A DNA stretch of 64,000 nt, taken from the NCBI GenBank assembly GCA_905178155.1, contig CAJINV010000007.1, positions 1,705,341 through 1,769,340 of the forward strand, given 5' to 3'. Each line of letters starts with the position of its first letter. The first letter of the stretch is position 1. The stretch is from Amoebophrya sp. A120 (taxonomy: Eukaryota; Protista; Dinoflagellata). The notes beneath the pieces were generated by a model. That model saw only the letters and a program-made list of their open reading frames with translations. It was not told where the DNA came from and searched no databases. Of this stretch, positions 1-11,400 are shown piece by piece. Both the position numbers and the translations under genes were made by a program.

Positions 1-1192
1 TCTTCGATTTGATTGATAGCTTAAAACCAAATTTAACTCAGAACGGATAAACTACTAAAACCTGTAACAACAGACTGTTAACTCAATAGCTTTACGAGAG
101 CAGCAGGTGGACGCCTACGATGGATTCGCTAAACGTGTTATCATGATAGCAACAAGATCCATTGTAGTTCTCGGTAGCTGCAACTCGAACAGATTTTATT
201 TGATTGTGATACGATACGCAAAGCAGACTTCTGCGAAAGGAGCCTCGTAAACCGATTGGAGCGAATGACAGAATAGCACTGTACTTAAACACCTCCTGTA
301 TAATAGCAGCCTGGAAGAGAGTCGTATCAGCTGAAGCTAAGAAAAATGAAAGGTAAAAACCAATTTTGTAAGGAGCAAGCCACTAGATTCCGAAGAGTTG
401 TACAGAGGAGCACGACGATGCTGTGTGCCAGCTGCAGTTGCTTTTCTCATTTTGATAGATAGAAGAAAAAAAACAAAAAGCCAATCGGTTTGATTGAAAA
501 TGCAAAATCTTTCGGTCTTGTCTTGCAGGCTTTCGTGTCTCCTGTTAACGAGAGAGAACGCAAGGTCGGTTCGTGCTGTGATGGAAAAATTGCAAGAAAT
601 GCAATTCGTATTCGGTTCTATCGCTATCTTCGTTCGAACAGAAGGAGATGGAGAAGTCAGAGCTTTATCAATTCTGAGGAAATTTTTCGGTCTAACTATT
701 GATGATTCGTCCAGCCGCTTGCTGATGTGATACCAATTCGTACAAAATCACTCATTCGTCGTTCAAGTTTTCACTACTTCGTGCGCGCAGTGGTCCTCCT
801 GCGCAGGAGCTTCTGTCGACGTTTTCGTTAGAAGCCTACTTCATTTGAAAAATGATTTTCCGTATGATTCCTCGCAGTGTCGCGTGTATCCCATTTCTGG
901 TACGTACTTTCGCGTATACTTGTTCTCTTCACAAATACCAAACCCAATTATTGTCTTAATTTTTTTGCAAATCCCAAACTCTTCTAAACTTAAATTCAGT
1001 CACCTCAATTGTTTATATTCCTTTCAACGCCAAGCATAGCCGCAACATGAGAAGCACGGCGCGCAAGTCGCCGTTTGCAGCAGGGAGAAATATTGAAGCG
1101 GTGGTGTGAGGAGCAACTAGCTGTACCCAAGAATTTTATTTTCAAGAACCGACGAAGACAGCCCCCACGGTTAGGACAAAACGTCTTCCTCT

Positions 1193-4100
1193 GTGACCAA
1201 TAGCAAGAAGCAGGCGGCAGCAAGTTCATCTACAGGCCAAGAGCAAGACGCAGCAGCAGCAGCAGCAGCAGCTTCTGGTTTTTTACCACAGGTGGATACA
1301 TCAACTAATTCGTCACAACTTGAAGACCAGTCCCCTCCTTTGAAACAACCCCGAAGCGCCACGATGTTGAAGACAACATTCCTTCCCCAGTTCCAATTTA
1401 AGGGCGAGTCCCTGGCCCACCGGGTGATGTTCGCCGGGAATTTGCAGAAATTTCTGCAGGAGGTTCCCATGTTTAAGACGCTCCCCCCGGGCGACATTAA
1501 CCAGCTCGCGCAGCTGTGCGAGATCAAAACGTTTCCCCCGGGTACGGTATTGTTCAACTCCGGCGACCCCGGTGACTGCTTCTACCTCGTTCTGCAGGGC
1601 GAGGCGGAGGTACGGGTCGCGGACCATTCCTGGTTGAAGGTGGGCCAGGAAGCGCAGTTGGCGTGCCCCACGAAGATCGCGGGGCAAGTGTACCCGAAGG
1701 GAACCAAGGGGATTGTGGATAAATTCGACGGGAAGCGAGGGTATGATTTCATTTTCAGATTCACGTTTGATTTTCATTTACGTTTCTTCTACTTGCAGAG
1801 TTCGTTCTTGCATAAGCATGATAATTGATAAAGCAAGCAGGGATCTGCATCAAGGAGATACGTGTTGTATTGATCGACGCTTGTAGTCAAGAAGATCTCT
1901 GTGAAGGTGCACAAGAATTATGCGCACAGCACGACGGTACTACTAGTCGAATTACACTCGGAAATTATTAGGTCTAAATTGAAACCCGTTCTTGAATTAT
2001 ATCAGGTACCCCTACACGTTCCGCACGTTTGACAACGTCCGCGGGCGGGTCGCGGAGCACGAGCTGGTTCCGATTGACAACAGTGAAAAGCACGCCGAGA
2101 AATGCATCTGCCTCCTGCGTCCGGGCGACTACTGCGGCGAGCAGGCGATTCTGAAGAATGCATTCCGCAACGCCACCGTCCTCGCCCGGCCGGATTCCGA
2201 GAAGCCCCTCGTGTGCGCGGCCCTGACGAAGGCGCAGTTCCAACAGATCGACCTGGGTCACAAGCTCACCTTCCCGCGGAGAAAAGCCGTGATGGCGATC
2301 GACGACGCGTACGAGCACCGGTTGGAGAAGAAGGAGACGACCAAATCCGCCGAGGACGCGGAGTTCATCCGGAACGCGATTAAGCAGAACAAGATCCTGA
2401 AGGACTTGATCGATTTATCGGAGGAGGACGTGAACGCCATGGTGCGCGTGGCCTATAAGCTCGAGGTGCACACGGGCGAGATTCTCATCAAGGAGGGAGA
2501 CTTGTTCGCCACCGAGTTTTTCGTCGTGAAGAGCGGAAATTTTGTCTTCAACATCGCTGCGCGCAACGGGTCCGAGCACGACAAGCTGTTCCAGATGCAG
2601 ATGATGAAGAGTTGCAAAGCGGGCGGCAGCTTCGGCGAGATCGCTCTACTCTACCACTGCCAGCGGGAGGCGACGGTCACCTGTGCGGAGAATGCGGTAT
2701 ACTTTAAGGGATTTGATGCTATGATTATGATCATCATCGTCACTTGCTTTGCCATGTCTTGCCACGATTTTTTCCAGGATCAACTTGCACGAGATAGCAT
2801 GAAGAACACATCGTAGTACTTCTACGTAAGTAGTTCATTTTGAGAGTGAATGAAAGTTCCAGGCTACATTGCTCATTTGCACCATTGCCATCGTATTCGT
2901 AACAGCAAGATGAAGCGCAAAAACTAAATGAACCAACATGCTCACTCAACAGATTGTCTACGCCATCGACCGCGTTGCGTTCAAGAACGCTTTGTACCAA
3001 AATCGGAAGAAACAGCTGCTGAAGTACGTCGAGATTATCCGGGGCGTACCGCAATTCAACTGCCTCCTCAACGACGAGGTCGAGGCTTTTGCCGAGGCTT
3101 TGTACGAGCGACACTACATCCAAAACGAGTACATTGTCCGGGAGAACGAGGTCGCGACGATGTTCTCGATTTTAATCTCCGGCGAGATCGACATCAACGG
3201 GAAAAAATACAACGCGAAGGACTCCTCCGGGTTCTTTTTCGGGGACGAATGCTTGCTGCGGTCCGCCGTGTCCCAACACACGGTGAAGTGCTTGTCTGAA
3301 GATGTGCTCGTCGCCTGCATGTCGAAGCACGACTTCGAACGGTTGTTAGGCCCGCTGGAGGAACTCATGCTCGCGACCAACGCGGGCAAACCCCGGGTCA
3401 GCAAGGTCGCGGTGAAAAAACAGAACGAGCAGGCGGACACGTCTCACATGACGGACATTAAGATGACGGACCTGAAGCGCGTTGGGATGCTGGGGTGTGG
3501 CGGGTTCGGCGCGGTGTCTCTAGAGCAGCACCGCCAGACCGGCAAGTGCTACGCGCTGAAGCAAATGTCGAAAGCGTACGTGGTAAAATGTAAGATGCAG
3601 AAGTCGATTATGAACGAGAAGAAGATCCAGCTGATGTGCAACTCCGATTTCATTGTGCGCCTGTACCAAACCTTCAACTCCCGCGACCACTTGTTCTTAC
3701 TTTTGGAGCCGGTTTTGGGCGGGGAACTGTACCACACCTACCACAAGAAGAAGATGCACGGGGACTCGACGAAAGCGCGATTTTACGCGGCGACCACCTG
3801 CACGGCGTTCTCACATCTGCACGAGAAACAGGTGATCTTCCGGGATTTGAAGCCGGAAAACTTGCTGTTAGACCACGAGGGGCGGTGCAAATTGACGGAT
3901 ATGGGGCTCGCGAAACAAACCACCGTGAAAACCTACACGACGTGCGGCACGCCGGATTACTTCGCCCCGGAGATCATCGCCCGGTCCGGACACCACGTGG
4001 GGGTCGATTGGTGGACGCTGGGGGTTTTGATCCACGAGCTGATGTCCGGCCACGCGCCTTTCGAAGCGGCGCAGCCCCAGCAGATCTACGCGAAGGTCAG

Positions 4101-4428
4101 GCGGGGGGTGAGTCAGGTGACCTTTACCTACCAGGGGTCGGATCCGTATGCGGTGGAGATGGTGAAGGGGCTGTTGAAGCAGGAACCCAACGAGCGACTC
4201 CCCATGCTCCCCGGCGGGATGGAGAACGTGCACAACCACAACTGGTACGTCAAGGCAGGCTTCAACTGGAAGGACTTCGAGAACAAAACCATGAAGGTCC
4301 CCTACAAGCCGGATGTGAAGGGACCAACGGATATCTCCAACTTCAAGTGCAGAACGGAGGCAGACATGCCGAAACACTTTCAGATGGAATACAAAGACCC
4401 CGGTGACGGATGGGATAAGGACTTCTAA
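1193..4428 (+). CDS. Cyclic-nucleotide-dependent protein kinase (PKG architecture: 3 CNB domains + AGC kinase), paralog 1; 3 exons, true start uncertain
   Basis: ORFs 1193-1828, 1992-2816 and 2938-4428 join through GT-AG introns 1741-2005 and 2697-2952. CNB motifs GDPGDCFYLV and SFGEIALL; kinase motifs [36 protein letters not shown]; C-terminal W-D-x-x-F. An in-frame stop at 1172-1174 overlaps a possible acceptor AG; first ATG is 1364. Confidence 0.9.
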
Positions 4429-5813
4429 ATGTTGTTGCTGGGAGTCTTTTGATAGTTTGATGCTACTTCGCTTAGCTGTCCTGGAGAGATGCTTTTTAAG
4501 CACGACATTTTTGTTTTATCATGATAGTCATAGCATAGTACATTTTCAGTTGCAGCACGCAGGAGAGGAGGTTTCCTATGATTTTTCAGAACGTTCAGTC
4601 TTTGTTTAGCATACACAGTATTTTACTAATTTAGGCTTTGCATAATTTGAATTTCGAAACTTTTACTTGTTACACATAGTATTTCCACTTCCACTCACGA
4701 GGCGGTGGCCGTTTCCATGGCCGCGTAGTGTTTTTTTACATACATAAGATTACACATCATCTGGTTGTTTTTAAATTCCAATCGCAATCATCACGCATGA
4801 CGTTAGGAGTTACACGGCTCCTCTCAATGTCTGTACTATATTACCACGCAAAAATGCTGTACCAAATTAATGCTAGCTCGCTCCAATGGGTAGTTGTAGT
4901 TGTGATCTGATGGATTTACTTCCGCCATTGCCATTCGGAGTTGCTTGCTCTCACAGCATGTGCATTATTGTCTCTGGTAGGGTTCTAAGTAGACAAAGTT
5001 TATTTTTGCCATTTCCCGAGTGATAAAATTAGAAGCACAAAAACGAGGAGCTGCACATGTGACACTAAATGCGTAGTACCAAAAACATAAATCGGGGCGT
5101 CGCTTGGGGCGTCAGCACCAGCAACACGGCATGTGTTGTGAGCTGCTGCTCCTTGTCAAGCATGACAGTTGGGTGCCGACAAGATGCATGCAGATTTCTG
5201 CTACTTCAGAACAACAACAAGAAAGCCACCGATATTCCGTCACACACTGGGTGCCGGGAAAACTCTCCATGATAACCTTCATGTGAGATTCATGATATGA
5301 CTACTTTGGTATGATAATTCTTTACGTTTACTCATTTCTTGGAGAATCTGAATCAAAAACCGGCACAGCTGATGCTTCGCGAATGAGGCTGTGGCCGTGA
5401 GGACAAGCGGACCTGTAAAAGTTCGGATATGTTGAGTGATGTGTTCGTCGCACAACACTACGAGGAAGTAGATGATTATCTCTACACGGCTGCGACCACG
5501 AAGATGAATCACAAGCACAACAAATCAACACAATCAAATCCTTCGGTCCATAAGATTAAAGTCCTCGTCCAGCAGAAACAGCATAAGTATACGAAAAAGT
5601 CCTCATGTACAGGTATTAAGCTGCAGATGGACACAAAAGCAATAGTTCGGTCTTTGTTCGTGCAAGCGGAACTTGATCTCGATTAATCTGCATACAAAAA
5701 TCGTGCCGGTTTGGTTGTCGTTTTGGTTTTTCGTTCTCCCCGTCGTGTTTTAGTTTCTTCTTAAGCTTGTCGTTCAGCTTGTTGCTTCGAGATCTTCATC
5801 GCGATAGAAGATA

Positions 5814-7389
5814 ATGGCCGCAACCGTGCAAAACTTTCCTCAGCAGCCTTTACAGTCGTATTGTTGACTCTGTCTTGTTCCCCCATGCACCCCCCCCCCC
5901 CGAAACCGAGTAAAAAAGTACTTTAATAAAGACTTGGTGTACTAGTCTTTAGACCCTGCTGCTGCTGCTGCTAGATCTATCGCTTTCGTCCTGCATTTCA
6001 TTTTCTATTTTTTTTTTTTTTTGAAATTTTTTTTTTTTTTTCGCGGACCGTTCTTCCCTTTTCGCAAGTTCTTTATTTGACCACTTGCTTGTTCAATAAA
6101 TTTTAATTTTTGTTTTATTATTTCACCCACTGCAACGGCCCAGGCCCACGGGACTAAGTTCTTACACGCTCAGCTGCGAGAAGACCCCCTTTCAATACTA
6201 AAAGACAAAATGGTAATTTCCGACCAGCTTGCGGAAGAGCTGGGGACGAAAATCACCACCGATTTTGCCCACCGGAAAACGGTGAAGCAACGGCGGGAAC
6301 TGGTGTCCAAAGTGCTCGTATGGATTGCAAAAATGTCTGGGTCTGGAAGATTGCAACTTGTCATGCTGAAACCGAATCATGCAAAAATCTGCGTTGCATG
6401 ACTGCCAAAAGCTGCCCACTTTCGACCAAGTTGGGCGGGAGTTTCTCATGCAGGATGGGCATGGCAGAGATCTCCCGGACTCTGTCATGCTAGGTCCCGC
6501 ATTCCAGACCTCATGGGTCATGGAAAACCTGCATGACAAGTTTGCATTCTTCCAGACCCAGACATTTTTACATTTGATAGCTCGGCCCGAAGGATGAGGA
6601 AACCGGGAAATTTCCGGACAAGGAGGTTCGGAAACTATCCTGAGTAAAAACGTACCCACACCAGAGTTGTAATGCAGATTTGCAAAGACAGGAAGACTTG
6701 TAATGCGCAACCCCATGACAGGCATTCTCAAGCGTGTTTGCGTTTGGGAGCTTGTAATACTGTAAACAGGATTAGCAGATCGATTTGTTATGCGGATTCC
6801 CTTGCTAAACTGCACTACAATACAGCCTGCAACTTGTCATGCGTGACTCACAAAACTCCTAGGCTTGTGTTGCAAAATCCTCATCCTGACTCTGGTGTGG
6901 GTACGTTTTTACTCAGGAGAGAAACTGGCGGTTATTCTGGTGCAAATAGCCGTGTACACGGGTAGTTTAGATAAGTTCCAGTCTTTGAAACGGGACGACA
7001 AAATGTCCATGAAGAAAATTGTGAACAAGATGGTGAACAACAAAAAAGACGGCGGGTTCCCGAAACTGTGCAACACCCTGTTCGAGTCTGGGCCGCCGTT
7101 ACCGCCCATAGTGTGGAAGTTGCGCGAGGCGCCGAAGCCGGTCGGATTCATGGCAAAGATGGCGAACAAACAATCCTTGAGCAAACAGTGCTCCCAGAGC
7201 CTGTTGAAGAGTGGAAGCACCGCATCGTTGGGCGATCTGGTGGTGTCTGCCGCGGCCGGAGACATGGCAAAGAAATTGGAAAGACGGCAGTCACAGGAGC
7301 AGGGCAGTCTGCTCGGAGGAGGTGCCGATGAACAAGTAGGGGCTCGTCCAGCAAGTCCGTCTGCTGGAGGAGCTCTCGGTTCGTCGTAA
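5814..7389 (+). CDS. Hypothetical protein, about 4 exons, interrupted by two TIR elements
   Basis: Removing elements 6319-6579 and 6636-6920 (each plus one TSD copy) gives continuous ...RELVSKVLGPKDEETGKFPDKEVRKLAVILVQ... to stop 7389. The first exon (ATG 5814, MAATVQNFPQQPLQ) is tentative. Confidence 0.6.
6319..6579. mobile_element. Introner-like TIR element, family B
   Basis: TAT...ATA ends; inverted repeat aaaaatgtctgggtctggaaga / tcttccagacccagacattttt; perfect TSD gctcg (6314-6318, 6580-6584). Confidence 0.9.
6636..6920. mobile_element. Introner-like TIR element, family A (orientation opposite to the other two copies)
   Basis: About 30-bp TIR tatcctgagtaaaaacgtacccacaccagagt (right end reads AGA); perfect TSD gaaac (6631-6635, 6921-6925); interior is the reverse complement of 16146-16424 and 40847-41125. 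Confidence 0.95.
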
Positions 7390-8432
7390 GAAGAAACATT
7401 TTTTTTTGCTGATGAAAACCTGGCTGCTGTTGACGAGAGTCAATTTCTTCTTGCGATGAATACGATGCAGCAACAAGAGCAGCAACGCCAAAAACTTTCT
7501 TTGTATGAGCAAAACGAATGCTTGAGCTCGTGTACCCCACGACGACGCTGAAAAAAAAATAAAAATTCATACAGCGGCTTTGATCTTCGTCTTCCAAGAA
7601 CACATCCAATTTTACAGACTTTCAAATCGAACACGCACGACATCGGAAGAACTCCAGCTGCATCGGTCTTCTAAAACAAAAGCAGCATTAGAGATCGATG
7701 AATTTGTTTCTCAGTGTCTCTTCATCAGGACGAGCGCTCCTTCTCGGTTCCAAAGTTCCTCCACTGACCTGGACTTCGGTTGGTTTGATATTCGTGTGAA
7801 AAAGGCAAATTCGGAAGCTATCTCGGTTGTGGTGTTTCGCACGCCCAGTTTCATTTTCCAGTCGGTTGTCGCATTTATGGTCGCTCGTGTACTTATCCAG
7901 TTCGTTCTTCTTCTCCTTCATTATCGATTCGTTTCGTGCAGGTGCTTTTTCGTTCCGAACAAGCATCCGTTTGTCAACAAACGGAGCGTCGCTAACCTAT
8001 TTCGTGGCAGAAACTTACACTTACTTCACTTTTCCATCAAGGGAAACAAGGAGTGCATATGATTTGACGCAATCACATGGCAGGACCTCAAGATTTCTCG
8101 TACCCATGATACTCAGTTTTTACGGATCACAACTACACTTTTACTTAGTTGCGTATGCGTTGAGCACTTTTTTGAATCACGGATGAAAGTCACCAGATTT
8201 TTATAGCCATGCATGTGGACACCGAGCTTCGTAGGAGTAGCAGGCATGCCCTTAGTACGCACTGGTAACTTGTTCTACCCGGCGTAGAAGCAAGCTGAAC
8301 CTGAAAGACGCAGACCTCACATAACCTTTACATCTAGCTCTTGCGTCCACTGAGCAAAAAATGCTTATTTCTACATGCTGCTAGCCTAAAAAAAACTTCT
8401 ACCCCCACCAGTATCTTCACAGAAGAGCCATC

Positions 8433-11400
8433 ATGTTTCTCCCCGCGCCCCGCGCAATCGTGGATTTGACCACGGCCAACCAGAAGCTGTTTTTTCGTGG
8501 CCGACTGCGAGAATGTCTGAAGGACATCCCGTTGTTTTCCAAACTGTCCGTTGCGCAGCGGGAGAATTTAGGGCAGGCCATGATGTTGGAGCAACTTGTT
8601 CCCGGGGCGGTGGTGTGCAACGAGGGGGAGGAGGGGGACATGATGTACGTTTTACTGCAAGGACTTCTGGAAGTCCAGACCTGCGACCACAGCTTTTTGA
8701 AGAAGGGCCACACCTGTCAGCTCGCAGTCGATTGCACGATCAAGGGAGAAAAGTATCCGCGAGGGACCCGGGGGGTCATTGACAAAGTCGATTTGTCCAG
8801 GGGGTTCCCCTACACCTTTCGCGTGTCGGACACCCGGACGAAGGGGGAAAAGAAGGAGAAGAAGAGAAAAACTAAAGCTACGCCAAAAAGCCAGGAGGAA
8901 AAATCTGCCAGCAGTGGCAGTGACAAAGAGCTACCCAGTGGCGATGAGGCGGGCGAAGGAGGTGGAGAAATGAATATTAAAGGGGAAAAGAAGAACAAGA
9001 AAAAACGGAAAAACAGGTCAATGGGTTCTGCAGAACAAACACAGAGCGAGGACAGCGAGCCACGAAGTGGCGCAGAGGGACAAGATGAAGAAGCAACAGA
9101 TAGTCTTAAACAGGGTTTAGCCGTTGTGAAGAAAAAGGCGAAGTCGAAGGACAACGCGGCAGAGCAGGAAACTAAGGACACCGCCATCCGTGGGAGATTA
9201 GCTGGTTACGAGCTGGAGCCGTTGGAAGACAGTGAGCTTTTCAAGCCGAAGACCATCGCGTTTCTCCGTCCGGGGGATTATTTCGGGGAGCAGTCGTTAT
9301 TGCGGAATTGTGCGCGCGATGCTTCGGTGATCGTCCCACCAAATTTGGTGGAGCTGATGGAGCAGCAGAGGTTGCGGACCTCTTCGCGCCTCGGTAGTTC
9401 TTTCCTGCTGCACAAGCACGACTCCAGTGCAACTTTAGGTGGTAATATGTTGTTGAAAAAGATGGCTTCCTCTGGCACGGTGATAAATCAGAAAACACCT
9501 ACTTCACCCGAAAGCGCAGCGGAGCAGCAGATGACAGGTGGGGCGCAACAAGAAGTAGAACTAGTGGCAGTGACGCCCATAACTACACCTGCCGCAGGCG
9601 ACACACCAGCTCCATCTCCTCCTCCGGAAACAACTGATTCACCTAACGGCGCGCCAGCCTCTGCACCAGCAGCCGCAGCCGATAAGACTGGCACCACGAC
9701 GACGAACCTTGTTACTAGCGTTTTTTCAGACAAGTCCAATACCTCTCTTCACAGCGCCGTCTCTACTACTTCCCGAGATCAAAAGATCGATCCCAACGCC
9801 TGTATCGTCGCGTGTCTGGAGAAGAAGGAGTTCGAAAGGCTAAACTTGCGACGCGACATTGTGTTTCCCACGCGCCCGGCGGTGCGGGTCGTTGAAGAGG
9901 ACGTGGAAAAGCGGCTGAAGGGGAAAGACTTGCGGAAGACGGAGCACGAAAGACAATTCCTACTGCAAGCGCTACGTGATGACGTTCTACTTCGGGAGAT
10001 ATGCGACTTGGACGAGAAAGATCTGGTCCACATGGTGGAGATGGCGTACAAGCGGACGGTAACCTCGAACGAAATCATCACGCACGAGGGGGATCTATTC
10101 GCGCACGAGTGTTACATAGTCCAGTCCGGGGAATACCAGTGCATCGATCACGTCACGGTGATGGGAAGCAGTGACGGAGCTGCAAGTTCTGCGAACACAA
10201 CAACTACGGCCACAGGATCAGCAGAGACGAGAACGAACAATTACGTCTTCGGTGAAGCGGGCCTGCAAGCCGCGGGAATACAGACGGCAGGAGCGAACTT
10301 CACAGGTGGGACGACAGGAGCTGCAGGCGCGGGTCTAAATACTGCAGGTGGTGGTATATTGAAGAGAATGCAAACGAATTCCGCACTCTCAACACAGCCG
10401 CCAGGGACAGCAGCAGGAACAGCAGCCAACAGCCCCACCGTGACGATAGCGGCCCCGACGCCCTCGAGGAACAAAAAGGTGTCGAAGGTAGCTCTACTCG
10501 CGAACAAATTCGGCGGCGCCAAGCCGATAAACTTGCTCCCAACGCCAAGTCCGGGTATGAGCCCCAAAGGACTGTTATCTTCGGAGCAGCAGGACGGAGG
10601 CGGAACTCTTGCTAACGACGACACGTCCACAGGAGCGGTTAGCACAGCAAAAAACTATACAGCGACGAAAAATAAACAAGGACAAGCTTCTTCAAACTGG
10701 CTAAGTCTGAGCAATATTTTGGGGTTCGGAGATAAATCAAGCACAACCAGGGAACAACGAGGAGGTACACAAGGAAGGGATTTGGCATCCTGGATTACAG
10801 AGTCGGAACAACAAGATGGGACAACTACATCACCTCCAGGCCAAGAACTGAGGAACTCGAACAGCCCCTATATGAACAACGGCGCCAAGGGGCAGGCCTT
10901 CAGTAAGAACAAGCTGCATCACATGCAGTCCTTTGCGGATTTCACTACTCCACCGAAAATGAACTGGAACAACGTGAACAACTTGTTTGGAACCCTGTCA
11001 AACCGCGAGATGAAATCGCACGAGCGAGCGCATGCCCGGTACAACGAGAGGCTGCTGAAGCAAATGTTTACCCCCTCCGGCGGGTTGAAGCCGGGCGATT
11101 TGTTCGGCCACGTCGCCGTGCTGGAGCACCGGACCACGATCGCGACGGTGCGGTGCGTGAGCGAGGTCGGAACCCTGTGGGTGTTGGACCGGGTTGCGTT
11201 CCGTGCGGTCGTGCGCCGGAACCTGCAGGCGCGGCTGCAAAAGTACGTGACCGTGATCCGGAACATACCTGAATTTAACGCTCTACTCGTCGAAGAGGTG
11301 GAGGCCTTAGCGGAATGTTTCTACTTGAAGTACTTCGCGAAACGGGAGCGGATTCAGACCAAGCAGGACTCCAGTCAGCAAACCTTTTTCATTCTCCTGT

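Noticed and set aside
1-1170. Short ORFs at the window start
   Set aside because: No recognisable motifs or exon chain; may hold an unresolved 5' exon or repeat remnant.
5890-6041. Poly-C and poly-T tracts, plus (GCA)n at 1250, (TCT)n at 17023 and (GAT)n at 44167
   Set aside because: Ordinary simple repeats with no further structure.
6198-6965. Recurrent short ORFs with [10 protein letters not shown] / FANLHYN (also near 16 kb and 41 kb) as a repeated protein domain
   Set aside because: They are translations of the non-coding family A element.
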